This document shows positions 29,230 through 38,790 of a stretch of 64,000 bases of DNA, piece after piece (the first letter of the stretch is position 1; every line of letters starts with the position of its first letter). Below the pieces are notes generated by a model. That model saw only the letters and a list, made by a program, of their open reading frames with translations. It was not told the DNA's origin and ran no database searches. The translations under genes were made by a program, and so were the position numbers. Source of the DNA: Candidatus Limnocylindria bacterium (GTDB lineage Bacteria > Chloroflexota > Limnocylindria > P2-11E); the NCBI GenBank assembly GCA_035543375.1, contig DASZZF010000006.1, forward strand, positions 4,464-68,463, in the 5' to 3' direction.

Positions 29230-30243
29230 GTGACGCGGCTCTACCGCGCCGAGGACCTCGAGCACGTCGATGACGAGCTCGCGCTCCTCGCGATGCACGA
29301 CGCGTTCGATGACGAGGAATCCGGTCGCACCGTTCTGCCCAAGAGGATCGATACGAAGACCTCGCACGGCTTCCTCCGCGTCATGCCGGCGATCCTTGGG
29401 GACATGATGGGCTTCAAGGTCATGACCCTCGTCGAGGGCGTCGGCACGCGCTATCTCGTGCTCCTGCACGCGGTGTCCACCGGCGAGCTGCTCGCGATCT
29501 TCGATGCCGACGAGCTCACGCGGCTTCGGACCGCCGCGGTCACGGCCCTCGCGGCCCAGGTCATCGTCCGCACGCCGCCGGCGTCGCTCGCCATCATCGG
29601 CACGGGATTCGAGGCCGAAGCGCAGCTGCGCGCGGTCGCGCGCCTGTGGCCAAAGGCCGAGCTGGTTTGCCACAGTCCCACACCGGAGCATCGCGAGCGT
29701 TTCGCCCGCGCGATGAGCAACGCGCTGGGCCGCAGCGTCGGCGTCGCGGGCTCGAGCGCCGAGGCGTTGCGCGGGCGACCGGTGGTGCTGCTCGCCACGA
29801 AGGCAAAAGTGCCGGTCATCGATGGGACCGACTTCGCGCCCGGCGCGGCGGTCCTCTCGATCGGCGCGACGCGCCTCGATCTGCGCGAGCTCGATCGAGC
29901 GACGTTCGCTCGCGCTGGCACTGTCGTCGGCGACGATCCCACGCAGCTCGAGACCGAATCCGGCGACATCGCCGAGGCGCTGCGGGACGGAGCGCTCGGG
30001 CGCGAGCGGATCGTCTCGATCGCGCGGGTGCGCAAGGAGCCGTCGCTCCTTCGGACCGATGCCGAACGCGATCTCGTGGTCCTGAAAACGGTCGGGACCG
30101 CCTTGCAGGACTTGGCGATCGCGCGGGCCGTTCACCGCGGGGCAGCCGCCGGCGGTCTGGGCGAGGAGATCGGCGATCTCGCGCGGCTCAAGCCATTCGC
30201 GGCGCAGAAGAGCACAACGCCGGCAGGGGCGACGCGCGCCTGA
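29230..30243 (+). CDS. Ornithine cyclodeaminase / mu-crystallin family protein
   Basis: Rossmann region reads LAIIGTGFEAEAQLRAVARLWPKAELVCHSPTPEHRERFARAM, with OCD-family conservation. GTG start lies 4 nt after the upstream stop. Confidence 0.75.
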   Translation: MTRLYRAEDLEHVDDELALLAMHDAFDDEESGRTVLPKRIDTKTSHGFLRVMPAILGDMMGFKVMTLVEGVGTRYLVLLHAVSTGELLAIFDADELTRLRTAAVTALAAQVIVRTPPASLAIIGTGFEAEAQLRAVARLWPKAELVCHSPTPEHRERFARAMSNALGRSVGVAGSSAEALRGRPVVLLATKAKVPVIDGTDFAPGAAVLSIGATRLDLRELDRATFARAGTVVGDDPTQLETESGDIAEALRDGALGRERIVSIARVRKEPSLLRTDAERDLVVLKTVGTALQDLAIARAVHRGAAAGGLGEEIGDLARLKPFAAQKSTTPAGATRA

Positions 30244-30272
30244 GCAGCCCTGAAGCAGTGTCGGCCCGCACG

Positions 30273-31124
30273 ATGCGGCTGGCCGCGGTCGCCGTCACGG
30301 TGCCCGCGCCTGAAAGCACGGCGCGGTTCCTCGCCGAGACGCTCGACTTCGCCGTCGCCGGCAGCGGCGATCGCGTACATCTCACGGCGCAAGGTGAGTA
30401 CGGCGGCGATGGGCCCCGACGGATGCTCACGCTCGTGCGCGGGCCGTCGCTCGGCGTAGCGGCCCTCACCTTCGAGCACAGCGATACCGCCGCCCTCCGG
30501 GGGCGTCTGCAGACGAAGGGCGTCGCCGTCAGGGAGTTGCCAGCGGACGACGAGAATGACGCGGCGATCGGGTTCACCGATCCAGAGGGACTCGCGGTGG
30601 CCTGCGCCGCCGGCTCCCCGCGACTTGGCCATCCACTGCCGGCATCGGACGTCCGGCCGCGGCGGCTCGGTCACGTCAACCTCGCCGTCAAGGACGCGCC
30701 GGCGGAGGCCGCGTTCTACGCGGATGTCCTGGGCCTTCGCCTCTCCGAGCAGATCGGCGAACAGTTCTTCTTTCTGCGCGTCGGATCCGAGCATCACAAC
30801 CTCGGCTTTCGGGGGAATGCGCAGCGGGCGACGGTCCACCACATCGCATTCGAGATCGCCGGGTGGGAGAGCTTCCGGACGATCTGTGACCGCGTCGCCG
30901 ACCGTGGTCACGTGGTCGAGTACGGTCCCGGGCGGCACGGACCCGGGCACAACCTGTTCGTCTATCTGGTCGAGCCGACGAGTGGCCTCCGCCTCGAGCT
31001 CTACGCGGACATGGCCCGGATCGAGGACGAGGCCGGCTACCGACCGAAGCGGTGGGACAGCGCGGACCGCGTGAAGACGGTGAACCGTTGGGGTCCGCAG
31101 CCGCCCGAGAGCTTCCTGAAATGA
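30273..31124 (+). CDS. Type I extradiol dioxygenase (two-domain VOC), second copy in the window
   Basis: Reads RRLGHVNLAVKDAPAEAAFYADVLGL...HHIAFEIAGWESF. The ORF-track start at 29646 overlaps the cyclodeaminase-family gene out of frame. Confidence 0.7.
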   Translation: MRLAAVAVTVPAPESTARFLAETLDFAVAGSGDRVHLTAQGEYGGDGPRRMLTLVRGPSLGVAALTFEHSDTAALRGRLQTKGVAVRELPADDENDAAIGFTDPEGLAVACAAGSPRLGHPLPASDVRPRRLGHVNLAVKDAPAEAAFYADVLGLRLSEQIGEQFFFLRVGSEHHNLGFRGNAQRATVHHIAFEIAGWESFRTICDRVADRGHVVEYGPGRHGPGHNLFVYLVEPTSGLRLELYADMARIEDEAGYRPKRWDSADRVKTVNRWGPQPPESFLK

Positions 31125-31843
31125 GCACCTCAGGCTTCGCCGGCAGGGTCGCGGTGGTCACCGGGGGCTCGGGCGGCATCGGGGCCGCGATCTGCGCCGC
31201 GCTTGCCGAGCAGGGCGCGGCCGTCGCCTCCCTTGCCCGCCGCGACTCGCCCGGCGCGCGGCTCAACGTGCGCTGCGACCTCACGTCGGAAGTCGATGTC
31301 GCCCGCGCGGTGGGCAGCGTCGAGACGCAGCTCGGTAAGGTCACGCTCCTGGTCTGCTCGGCGGGCGTCGTGAGCGAGCATTCGGTGACCGAACTCTCGA
31401 TCGACGAGTGGCGGCAGGTCGTCGACGTGTCGCTCACCGGCACTTTTCTCGCCTGTCGGGCGGTCGTCCCGTCGATGCGCGCGGCGGGCGGGGGAAGCAT
31501 CGTGGCGCTCTCGTCCGGCTACGCGACGAAGGGTTATGCCGGCGGCTCGCACTATGCCGCGGCGAAGGCCGGCGTCGAGGCGTTCGTGAAATCGCTCGCC
31601 CTCGAGGTCGCGGGTGACGGCATCACGGTGAACGCCGTTGCGCCCGGGCCCATCGACACGCCGATGATCGATCACTTCAAGGACCATCCCGGAAGGCGCG
31701 AGCGGACGGTCGCGCTCATTCCGCAGAAGCGCATCGGCGTGGCGGCCGACGTCGTCGGACCGGTGCTGTTCCTCCTCTCGCCCGCCGCGCGCTACATCAC
31801 CGGCCAGGTGCTGCAGGTGAACGGCGGGATGTTGATGCCGTGA
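31121..31843 (+). CDS. SDR-family short-chain dehydrogenase/reductase
   Basis: TGGSGGIG cofactor motif and NAVAPGPIDTPM. Active-site YxxxK in GSHYAAAKAG. ATGA overlap with the upstream gene. Confidence 0.8.
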   Translation: MSTSGFAGRVAVVTGGSGGIGAAICAALAEQGAAVASLARRDSPGARLNVRCDLTSEVDVARAVGSVETQLGKVTLLVCSAGVVSEHSVTELSIDEWRQVVDVSLTGTFLACRAVVPSMRAAGGGSIVALSSGYATKGYAGGSHYAAAKAGVEAFVKSLALEVAGDGITVNAVAPGPIDTPMIDHFKDHPGRRERTVALIPQKRIGVAADVVGPVLFLLSPAARYITGQVLQVNGGMLMP

Positions 31844-32322
31844 GCGCGCGTTCCGACGAGAACACGACGACGATCCGGCGCCTGAACGACGAGGTCATGA
31901 ATGGCGGACGGCTCGAGCTCATCCCCGAGCTCTATGCCGCCGAGCTTGTCTCCCGTCGCCGAGGGATGCCGTCTCTCGCGGCCCTCGCTCCTGGTCCGCC
32001 GCGCGACCACATAGCTCCCACCGAACGCCTCGCGCTCCGGATCGCGGCGATCCGAACGGCGTTCCCGGACTGGCGCTCCGAGGTCTTTGCGATCGTCGCG
32101 GACGGCGACACGGTCGTCGCCCGCTACGAGCTCAGTGGGACCCACCGTGGCCCGCTGTTCGGCATCGAACCCACCGGGCGAGCGGTGCATCTCGACGAGG
32201 TCGTGTTCTATCGGCTGCAACATCGGCGGATCGTCGAAGATTGGGCCATGGCCGATGAGCTCGGGCTGCTGCTTCAGCTCGATGCCACCCACATCGTCAC
32301 GAGCGGCTTGCGGGGCTCCTGA
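31840..32322 (+). CDS. SnoaL-like / ester-cyclase family protein (NTF2-like)
   Basis: Reads IRRLNDEVMNGGRLELIPELYAAELV...FPDWRSEVFAIVADGDTVVARYELSGTHRGPLFGIEPTGRAV...IVEDW. GTGA overlap with the upstream gene. Confidence 0.55.
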   Translation: MSARSDENTTTIRRLNDEVMNGGRLELIPELYAAELVSRRRGMPSLAALAPGPPRDHIAPTERLALRIAAIRTAFPDWRSEVFAIVADGDTVVARYELSGTHRGPLFGIEPTGRAVHLDEVVFYRLQHRRIVEDWAMADELGLLLQLDATHIVTSGLRGS

Positions 32323-32325
32323 AAC

Positions 32326-32342
32326 GTGAATACAGTCGCCAG
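32326..32342. promoter_or_regulatory. GTGAATACAGTCGCCAG element directly abutting the ATG of the hydrolase gene
   Basis: A TACAGT hexamer ends 6 nt before the ATG, which is the spacing expected for a -10 box driving a leaderless transcript. It matches the site at 16008-16025 at 17 of 18 positions. Confidence 0.35.
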
Positions 32343-33131
32343 ATGTCGGTGACGTTCAGCGAGCGCACCCTCCGCGTCGGCGACACGACGATCGCGTTCA
32401 AGGAGGCCGGGACCGGCCCGGCGGTCGTCCAGATCCATGGCGCCGGCGGCGCACGCGTCACGCCGGCCCATGCGCTCCTGGCCGAGCGCTATCGCGTCAT
32501 CGTCCCCGAGCTTCCGGGATTCGGCACGACCCCGGATGTCGCGGACGTCCGGACCGCCCGGGATCTTGCCCGCGTGATGCTGACCTTCGTGGCGGCCGTC
32601 GCGCCGGACCGACCCAGCCTGATCGGGACGTCGTTCGGCGGCAAGGTCGCCCTGTGGATGACCATCGACGCGCCGGACCGGATCGCCACATTGATCCTCG
32701 AATCCTCCGCCGCGATCCGACCGGCCGACCATGACCTCTCGAAGATCCCGCCGTCGGAGATGCCGGCGCGCGTGTTCGCCCATCCCGAGCGGGTCACGCT
32801 ACCTCCGGACGACCCTGCGGTACGCGCCCGGAACGGCGCGGCCGTGGGTCGTCTGATCGGTCCGAATCGCGACGCCGACTTCGAACGGCACCTCAGCGGG
32901 GTGCACGTGCCCACCCTCGTCCTGTTCGGGGATCGCGACGGACTCATCCCCACGGAGATGGGGCGGATCTACCGCGAGAAGATGCCGTCCGCGCAGTTCG
33001 TCATCGTGTACGACGCAGCGCATCAGATCCAGATCGACCGCCCTGAGGCGTTCGCCGAGATCGTCGGCGACTTCCTCGAGCGGCAGGAGACGTTCATCAT
33101 CAACCGGTCATCCTCGCTCGTTCTCACATAG
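32343..33131 (+). CDS. Alpha/beta-fold hydrolase (meta-cleavage-product hydrolase-like)
   Basis: Nucleophile elbow GTSFGG, HGAGG near the N-terminus, C-terminal D and H. 262 aa. Confidence 0.75.
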   Translation: MSVTFSERTLRVGDTTIAFKEAGTGPAVVQIHGAGGARVTPAHALLAERYRVIVPELPGFGTTPDVADVRTARDLARVMLTFVAAVAPDRPSLIGTSFGGKVALWMTIDAPDRIATLILESSAAIRPADHDLSKIPPSEMPARVFAHPERVTLPPDDPAVRARNGAAVGRLIGPNRDADFERHLSGVHVPTLVLFGDRDGLIPTEMGRIYREKMPSAQFVIVYDAAHQIQIDRPEAFAEIVGDFLERQETFIINRSSSLVLT

Positions 33132-33133
33132 CG

Positions 33134-34300
33134 ATGGTCCTCTTCAACTTCTTCCACCTGATGGCCTGGCCGTATCTGCAGTCGCGCCCGCGGTCCTGGC
33201 CGGCTCCGGCCAAGCTGTTCGACCCGGCGAGGGCGGTCGACCTCTACGGCAGCTACATCGACGAGATGGCTTTGGCGGACGAGCTCGGCTTCGACTGGGT
33301 CGGCTGCAACGAGCATCACTTCTCGCCGTTCGGGCTCATGGCGTCTCCAACGGTCATGGGCGGCGCGCTCACGCAGCGCGTCAAGCGGGCAAGGATCGCG
33401 ATGATGGGAAGCATCATCCCGCTGAACGACCCCGTCCGGCTCGCCGAGGAGTACGCGATGCTCGACGTGATGTCAGGCGGTCGCCTGATCGCGGGCATGA
33501 TCCGCGGGACCGCCCATGAGCAGCTCGCCTACCACACGAATCCGGACGAAAGCCGCGATCGTTACGAAGAAGCGTTCGAGCTCATCCTGAAATGTTGGAC
33601 GGAGCCCGAGCCGTTCGGTTGGCAAGGCAAGTACTTCCAGTACCGCACGATCTCGATCTGGCCGCAGCCACTGCAGAAGCCTCACCCGCCCATCTACATC
33701 CCGGCCGGAAGCGTGCAGTCCGTCCACTTCGCTCTCCGCCGGCGCGTTGGCATCGGCGCCGCGTTCGTCTCCATGGACCGCGCGAAGGAGCAATTCGATT
33801 TGTATCGCAAGCTCGCCGGGGACCAGGGCTGGCAGCCTCCGCCTGCGAACTTCCTCTACGACCATGTCATCCACGTCCAGACCGATGGCGACGCCGCTCG
33901 CCGCACGATCGGAGAGGCGACCACGTACTTCCGGAAGGAGCTGCTGGGTCCGATCACCAGCTCGCTGGAAATGGTGGTGCAGGGCACGAAGTACATCACG
34001 CCGGAGGAGCGCGCCCGCCGGCGCGGCGTCGGTGCGGAGACCATGGCAACGATGGATCTCCCTCAGCAGATCGAACAGGGATACGTGTCCGTCGGGACCC
34101 CCGATGAGGTCGTCGAACAGCTGACCCGGGTCATCAAGCACACCGGCGTCGGCGTCGTGAACGCCCGATTCCATGTCGGGACCATGACCCACGAACAGGC
34201 CGCAGCGAGCATGCGGCTCTTCGCGAAAGAGGTATTGCCGCGAGTGCGGGGACTGGGACAGCAGGATGCCCCGCCGCCGTCGCCAACGGTCGCAGGCTAG
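33134..34300 (+). CDS. LLM-class flavin-dependent oxidoreductase
   Basis: Luciferase-like monooxygenase family protein of 388 aa, reading EHHFSPFGLMASPTVMGGALTQRVKRARIAMMGSIIPLNDPVRLAEE. Confidence 0.75.
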   Translation: MVLFNFFHLMAWPYLQSRPRSWPAPAKLFDPARAVDLYGSYIDEMALADELGFDWVGCNEHHFSPFGLMASPTVMGGALTQRVKRARIAMMGSIIPLNDPVRLAEEYAMLDVMSGGRLIAGMIRGTAHEQLAYHTNPDESRDRYEEAFELILKCWTEPEPFGWQGKYFQYRTISIWPQPLQKPHPPIYIPAGSVQSVHFALRRRVGIGAAFVSMDRAKEQFDLYRKLAGDQGWQPPPANFLYDHVIHVQTDGDAARRTIGEATTYFRKELLGPITSSLEMVVQGTKYITPEERARRRGVGAETMATMDLPQQIEQGYVSVGTPDEVVEQLTRVIKHTGVGVVNARFHVGTMTHEQAAASMRLFAKEVLPRVRGLGQQDAPPPSPTVAG

Positions 34301-34302
34301 CG

Positions 34303-35136
34303 GTGGGCGCCTTCGGTCAGGGGGCGGCGACACGAGCGCCCAAGCTGCGCGTCGAGGGCGTCTCCCTGCGCTTTGCGAGCGGCAAGGGGGCCGGCGTCGA
34401 GGTGATGCGCGACGTCAGCCTCGACGTCGCCGACGGAGAGTTCCTGTCGATCCTCGGTCCCTCTGGCTGCGGCAAGACGAGCCTCGCCCGGATCATCGAC
34501 GGGCTCATCGTGCCCCAACAGGGCCGGGTCCTGATCGACGGCGCACCGATCGCCGGCCCTGGACCCGACCGCGCCTTCGTCTTCCAATCGGACCGACTGT
34601 TTCCCTGGAGGACCGTGCGGGCCAATATCCGCTTCGGCTTGGAGGTCCGCGGCATCCCGGCCAGGGAGAGCCGTCCGCGTACCGACGAGCTCCTGGAGCT
34701 CACCGGGCTGACCGGCTTCGCCGAGGCGTATCCGCATCAGCTGTCGGGCGGCATGCGGCAGCGGGCCAACCTTGCACGCGCGCTCATCGTGGATCCGGCC
34801 GTCCTCCTCATGGACGAGCCTTTCGCATCGCTGGATGCGCAAACGCGTGAGGTCATGCAACAAGAGCTGCTCCGCATCTGGTCCGATCGGCGGAAAACTG
34901 TCGTCTTCATCACCCATCAGCTCGACGAAGCCGTGTACCTGTCAGATCGGGTCATCGTCATGTCCGCGCGCCCCGGCCAGGTGAAGGATTCGTTCGCCGT
35001 CCAGATCCCTCGGCCGCGCGCTTTGGATTGCAAGCGCACACCGCAGTTCGCGGGTTATCTGGATCGCATCTGGGGCGTGCTCGAAGAGGAGGTGCGCCGA
35101 TCCATGCGGCTCACAGCGGCCATCTCAGCGTCGTGA
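34303..35136 (+). CDS. ABC transporter ATP-binding protein, NitT/TauT (SsuB/TauB-like) family
   Basis: Walker A GPSGCGKTS, signature LSGGMRQRANLARA, Walker B LLMDEPF. No TOBE domain, 277 aa. Confidence 0.8.
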   Translation: MGAFGQGAATRAPKLRVEGVSLRFASGKGAGVEVMRDVSLDVADGEFLSILGPSGCGKTSLARIIDGLIVPQQGRVLIDGAPIAGPGPDRAFVFQSDRLFPWRTVRANIRFGLEVRGIPARESRPRTDELLELTGLTGFAEAYPHQLSGGMRQRANLARALIVDPAVLLMDEPFASLDAQTREVMQQELLRIWSDRRKTVVFITHQLDEAVYLSDRVIVMSARPGQVKDSFAVQIPRPRALDCKRTPQFAGYLDRIWGVLEEEVRRSMRLTAAISAS

Positions 35137-35159
35137 CCACACAGCGGGAGGGAAATTCC

Positions 35160-36203
35160 ATGGGTCAGAGATCGATCGCCGCGATCATCATCGTCGTCGC
35201 GCTCGTCATTGCCGGGTGTGCCCCGGCTGCCGCACCCGCCGCGCCTGCCGCGTCCGCCGCGTCCGCCGCGTCGAGCGCCAATGCGGAGTCGCTCGGCACC
35301 GTCCGGTACAACCAGATCCAGTCCCAGCCGTGGTACTGGGATGTCTTCATTGCCGAAGAGCTGGGGTTGTGGACGAAGCTCGGTCTCACCGTAGAGCGAT
35401 CGACGCTCGATGTGAACGGTGCGGATGCAGCGAAAGCCTTGATCGCGGGGCAATTCGATCTCCAAAGCAATGCGTTCGACGTGTACATCCAGACTGCCGC
35501 GGTCAGCAACGACACGCTCATGCTCGCTTTCGAGATGACCAAGCCGGAGCATGGCCTGTTTGCCCAGAAGGGCATCACGACGATCGAGCAGCTGCGCGGC
35601 AAGAAAATAGGGATTGGTCCGCTCGCGAGCGGCACGACGCTCATCCTGCGGACGATGCTGCGGCGGAACGGCCTGCAGGACGCCGACTATCAGGGCGTTC
35701 AGGCCGGACCCGGTGCGGCGCAGTATGCCGCGCTCCAGAGCGGAGCGATCGACGCGACGCTCCTCGTGTTCCCCCAGAAGTTCGAGGCCCAGAAATCCGG
35801 CACCCTCACCTTCCTCGGGGACGCGGCACCGTTCTGGGACAACCCTTTCCTCACCGTCGGCGGTCGTCGCCAGTGGATCGAATCGCATCCCAAGCAGACG
35901 GTCGCGTTCTTGCGTGGCCTGCTCCAGGCCCGGGCGTGGCTGTACGCGCCCGAGAACCGCGCACGCGCGATCGAGATCGTGGGGAAGTACCTGAAGATCC
36001 AACCGGACGCGGCGGAGAACACGTATAAAGAGTTCGTCACCAACGAGCGGATCGCCCGCGAGGGCAAGATCACCGATGAAGCGGTCAAGAAGATGGGACA
36101 GGCGATGACCGGCCTCGGCGCGATCAAGGAAGCCGACCTCAAGACGCAGGGGATCTTCGACTCGAAGTATCTGGACGACGCACTGAAGCTCGAGAAGCGG
36201 TGA
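35160..36203 (+). CDS. ABC transporter substrate-binding lipoprotein, NitT/TauT (NMT1/SsuA-like) family
   Basis: Lipobox VIAGCAP with an Ala-rich linker. RBS GGGAGGGAA precedes the ATG at 35160; the ORF-track start at 35028 is upstream. Confidence 0.7.
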   Translation: MGQRSIAAIIIVVALVIAGCAPAAAPAAPAASAASAASSANAESLGTVRYNQIQSQPWYWDVFIAEELGLWTKLGLTVERSTLDVNGADAAKALIAGQFDLQSNAFDVYIQTAAVSNDTLMLAFEMTKPEHGLFAQKGITTIEQLRGKKIGIGPLASGTTLILRTMLRRNGLQDADYQGVQAGPGAAQYAALQSGAIDATLLVFPQKFEAQKSGTLTFLGDAAPFWDNPFLTVGGRRQWIESHPKQTVAFLRGLLQARAWLYAPENRARAIEIVGKYLKIQPDAAENTYKEFVTNERIAREGKITDEAVKKMGQAMTGLGAIKEADLKTQGIFDSKYLDDALKLEKR

Positions 36204-37039
36204 GGAGGGAAGACCGCCCCCTCGCAAGGGCACCGGCCGCGGCCACAACGCCGGAACGGCGGCCCGGAGACCGTGGCCGATGGCTGCGCGTGGCTACCCC
36301 GTACCTGTCGTTAGCCGTCGGCTTGACGGCGTGGGAGATCGTCGGCCGCTATTTCGTGACGAACAAGCTGTTCTTCGTGCCCTTCACCGCTGTCCTCGCG
36401 GCCGCGTTGCGTTGGGTCGCGGACGGCACGCTCTGGCCTCACCTCGCCGTCAGCGCGGGCGAGTTCGCGATCGGTTTCGCGCTCGCGGCGGTCGTCGCCA
36501 TCGGACTCGGTCTGCTCATCGGCACGAGCCCAGCAGCGCACCGGTTGCTTGATCCGTGGATCACCGCACTCTATTCGACGCCACTTGTCGCTCTCGCACC
36601 GTACTTCATCATCATCTTCGGCATCTACCTCGCGCCAAAGGTCGCCCTTGTCTTCGTCGTGAGCCTGTTCCCGATCCTCATCAACACCTTCGTTGGCGTG
36701 CGGTCGACTGACGCCGCGTACTTGGAGGTCGCGCGGTCGTTCAGTACCCCGCGGATCCAGGTGCTGTACAAGATCCTTGTTCCCGGCGCGCTCCCGTTCA
36801 TCGTGAGCGGCCTTCGGCTTGGCGTCGGGCGCGGCCTGACTGCGGTCGTGGTCGGCGAGATCTTCGTTCCCAACGCGGGTATCGGCTATCTCATCTCGGT
36901 CGCCGCTCAGACCTTCAACACGGCCGATCTATTCGCGGGTGTGCTCGTCTTCGCCCTCGCCGGCGTCCTCCTCACGGCGATCCTCGAACGCATGGAATCG
37001 ACGCTCGCGCCGTGGCGGCCGATCGAAGGACGACCGTGA
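36200..37039 (+). CDS. ABC transporter permease, NitT/TauT family
   Basis: Six-TM permease with an EAA loop (LEVARSFSTPRIQVLYKILVPGALPF). The start is uncertain: a GTG at 36200 overlaps the SBP stop, and an alternative GTG lies near 36290. Confidence 0.65.
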   Translation: MRREDRPLARAPAAATTPERRPGDRGRWLRVATPYLSLAVGLTAWEIVGRYFVTNKLFFVPFTAVLAAALRWVADGTLWPHLAVSAGEFAIGFALAAVVAIGLGLLIGTSPAAHRLLDPWITALYSTPLVALAPYFIIIFGIYLAPKVALVFVVSLFPILINTFVGVRSTDAAYLEVARSFSTPRIQVLYKILVPGALPFIVSGLRLGVGRGLTAVVVGEIFVPNAGIGYLISVAAQTFNTADLFAGVLVFALAGVLLTAILERMESTLAPWRPIEGRP

Positions 37040-38790
37040 GCCGGGCCGCTCGTCTCGCTGCCTGGTCCCCACCGGATTGGTCCACCCCGGGCTTCGGGCG
37101 GTCTTGGCGTGCGCTGTTCGTCATCCTGTTCGTGATCCTGTTGCTGCTCGTCGCGGTCCCACTCGGCGGGCTGCTCATCAGCAGCGTGTCGCGGTCGGGA
37201 ACGCTCTCGCGATTCGCGTTCACTCTCGGTACCTACCAAGAGGTGTTGAGCGACGCGCGGACCTTCGGTCTGCTCGGCACGTCGATCGCGTTTGCCGCAG
37301 CAAGCGCCGTCATCGCCCTCCTGGTCGGCGCGCCTATCGCGTGGTTCGTGGAGCGGTCGGACCTCGGCCGTAAGGACCTGATCCGCGCGGTCATCTTTGC
37401 GCAGGTCGCGGTGCCGCCGCTCGTGCTCGCGATGGGCTGGGTCCTCCTCGCGAGCCCGAAGATCGGGATGCTGAACGCGGCCCTCGGCGCGACTGTGGGC
37501 CCGGGCGTCGTCCTGAACGTGTATTCGTTCCCCGCGATGGTCGCGATCCAGGGCCTGTCGCTCGTGCCACTGGTCTTCGTGATGCTCTCGCCGGCCCTCC
37601 GGAACATGGACGCGAGCTACGAGGAGGCCGCGCTCGCGACGCGCGGCACTGGCCTCATCCGCGCCATCTGGCACGTGTCGCTCCCGCTCGTGCGGCCGGC
37701 GCTGCTCGCGGTGGCCCTCTATGCGTTCATCGCGTCGCTCCTCAGCTTCGATATCCCAGCGGTCATCGGCATCCCGGCGAACGTGTTCGTCTTCAGCTCG
37801 GAGATCTTTTTCTCCATCCAGCGCTATGCCGTACCCCGGTACGCCTACGCGTCGGTGCTCTCGATGGTGACGCTCGTCGTCGTGCTCGCGACAGGGCTCG
37901 CGTACCTGCGGGCCCTTGGCAACGCACGCCAGTTCGCGACGCTCACCGGGAAGTACCGCGCGCGGACGCTCCATCTCGGTCGGGGAGCGAATGCCATCGG
38001 GCGCGCCTGGCTGATCGGCTACCTGCTCCTCGGGCTCGTCCTCCCGGTGGCGATGGTCGTGTGGACGAGCTTCATCCCGTTCTTCGCGCAGCTCGGTGGG
38101 GATGCGCTCGGCCGGCTCACGCTTCAGAACTACGCGGATGTCTTCGCCACGCCGCGCGGGGCGCTCGCGCTGCAGAACACCGCCCTCAACTCGGTGGTCG
38201 CGGCGACCGTGGTCACGGCGCTCGCCGGGCTCGTTGCGTGGGTCGTCATCCGCAGCCCCTTGCGCGGGCGTCGCACCTTGGACGTCCTCGCGCTGCTGCC
38301 GCTCGTCGTTCCGGGCGTCATCCTCGGCCTCTCGCTGCAGTACGCCGCGATCGCGATGACCTTCTTGCCGTTGTACGGCACGATCTGGGTCCTCACCCTC
38401 GGCCACGTGACGCTCGGGTTGCCGTTCGCGACCCGGAATGCCAACAGCGCGATCTCGCAGATCCATCCCGAGCTCGAAGAGGCCGCCCAGGCGTCCGGGC
38501 GGTCGCCGCTCGACGTGTTCCGCACGATCACCCTGCCGCTCATCGCGCCGACGCTCGTGTTCGTGTGGCTCTGGACGCTCGTGCACTCCATCCGCGATCT
38601 CTCGACTTCGGTGTTGCTGGCGCCTCCCGCGAATCCGGTGCTCGCGAGCCTGCTGTGGCAGCTGTGGGACTACGGGAGCCTTACCGTCGGCGCCGCCGTC
38701 GGGACGCTGCTCATGGCCGCGGTCTTCCTCATCGCGCTCGCGGCCCTGCGGATCCTTGGCCGCTCACGCGCCGCGACCGGGCTGCTGTGA
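37036..38790 (+). CDS. ABC transporter permease, fused two-domain FbpB-like
   Basis: 584 aa with two six-TM modules, paralogous to 18388..20154. GTGA overlap with the upstream permease. Confidence 0.75.
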   Translation: MSRAARLAAWSPPDWSTPGFGRSWRALFVILFVILLLLVAVPLGGLLISSVSRSGTLSRFAFTLGTYQEVLSDARTFGLLGTSIAFAAASAVIALLVGAPIAWFVERSDLGRKDLIRAVIFAQVAVPPLVLAMGWVLLASPKIGMLNAALGATVGPGVVLNVYSFPAMVAIQGLSLVPLVFVMLSPALRNMDASYEEAALATRGTGLIRAIWHVSLPLVRPALLAVALYAFIASLLSFDIPAVIGIPANVFVFSSEIFFSIQRYAVPRYAYASVLSMVTLVVVLATGLAYLRALGNARQFATLTGKYRARTLHLGRGANAIGRAWLIGYLLLGLVLPVAMVVWTSFIPFFAQLGGDALGRLTLQNYADVFATPRGALALQNTALNSVVAATVVTALAGLVAWVVIRSPLRGRRTLDVLALLPLVVPGVILGLSLQYAAIAMTFLPLYGTIWVLTLGHVTLGLPFATRNANSAISQIHPELEEAAQASGRSPLDVFRTITLPLIAPTLVFVWLWTLVHSIRDLSTSVLLAPPANPVLASLLWQLWDYGSLTVGAAVGTLLMAAVFLIALAALRILGRSRAATGLL

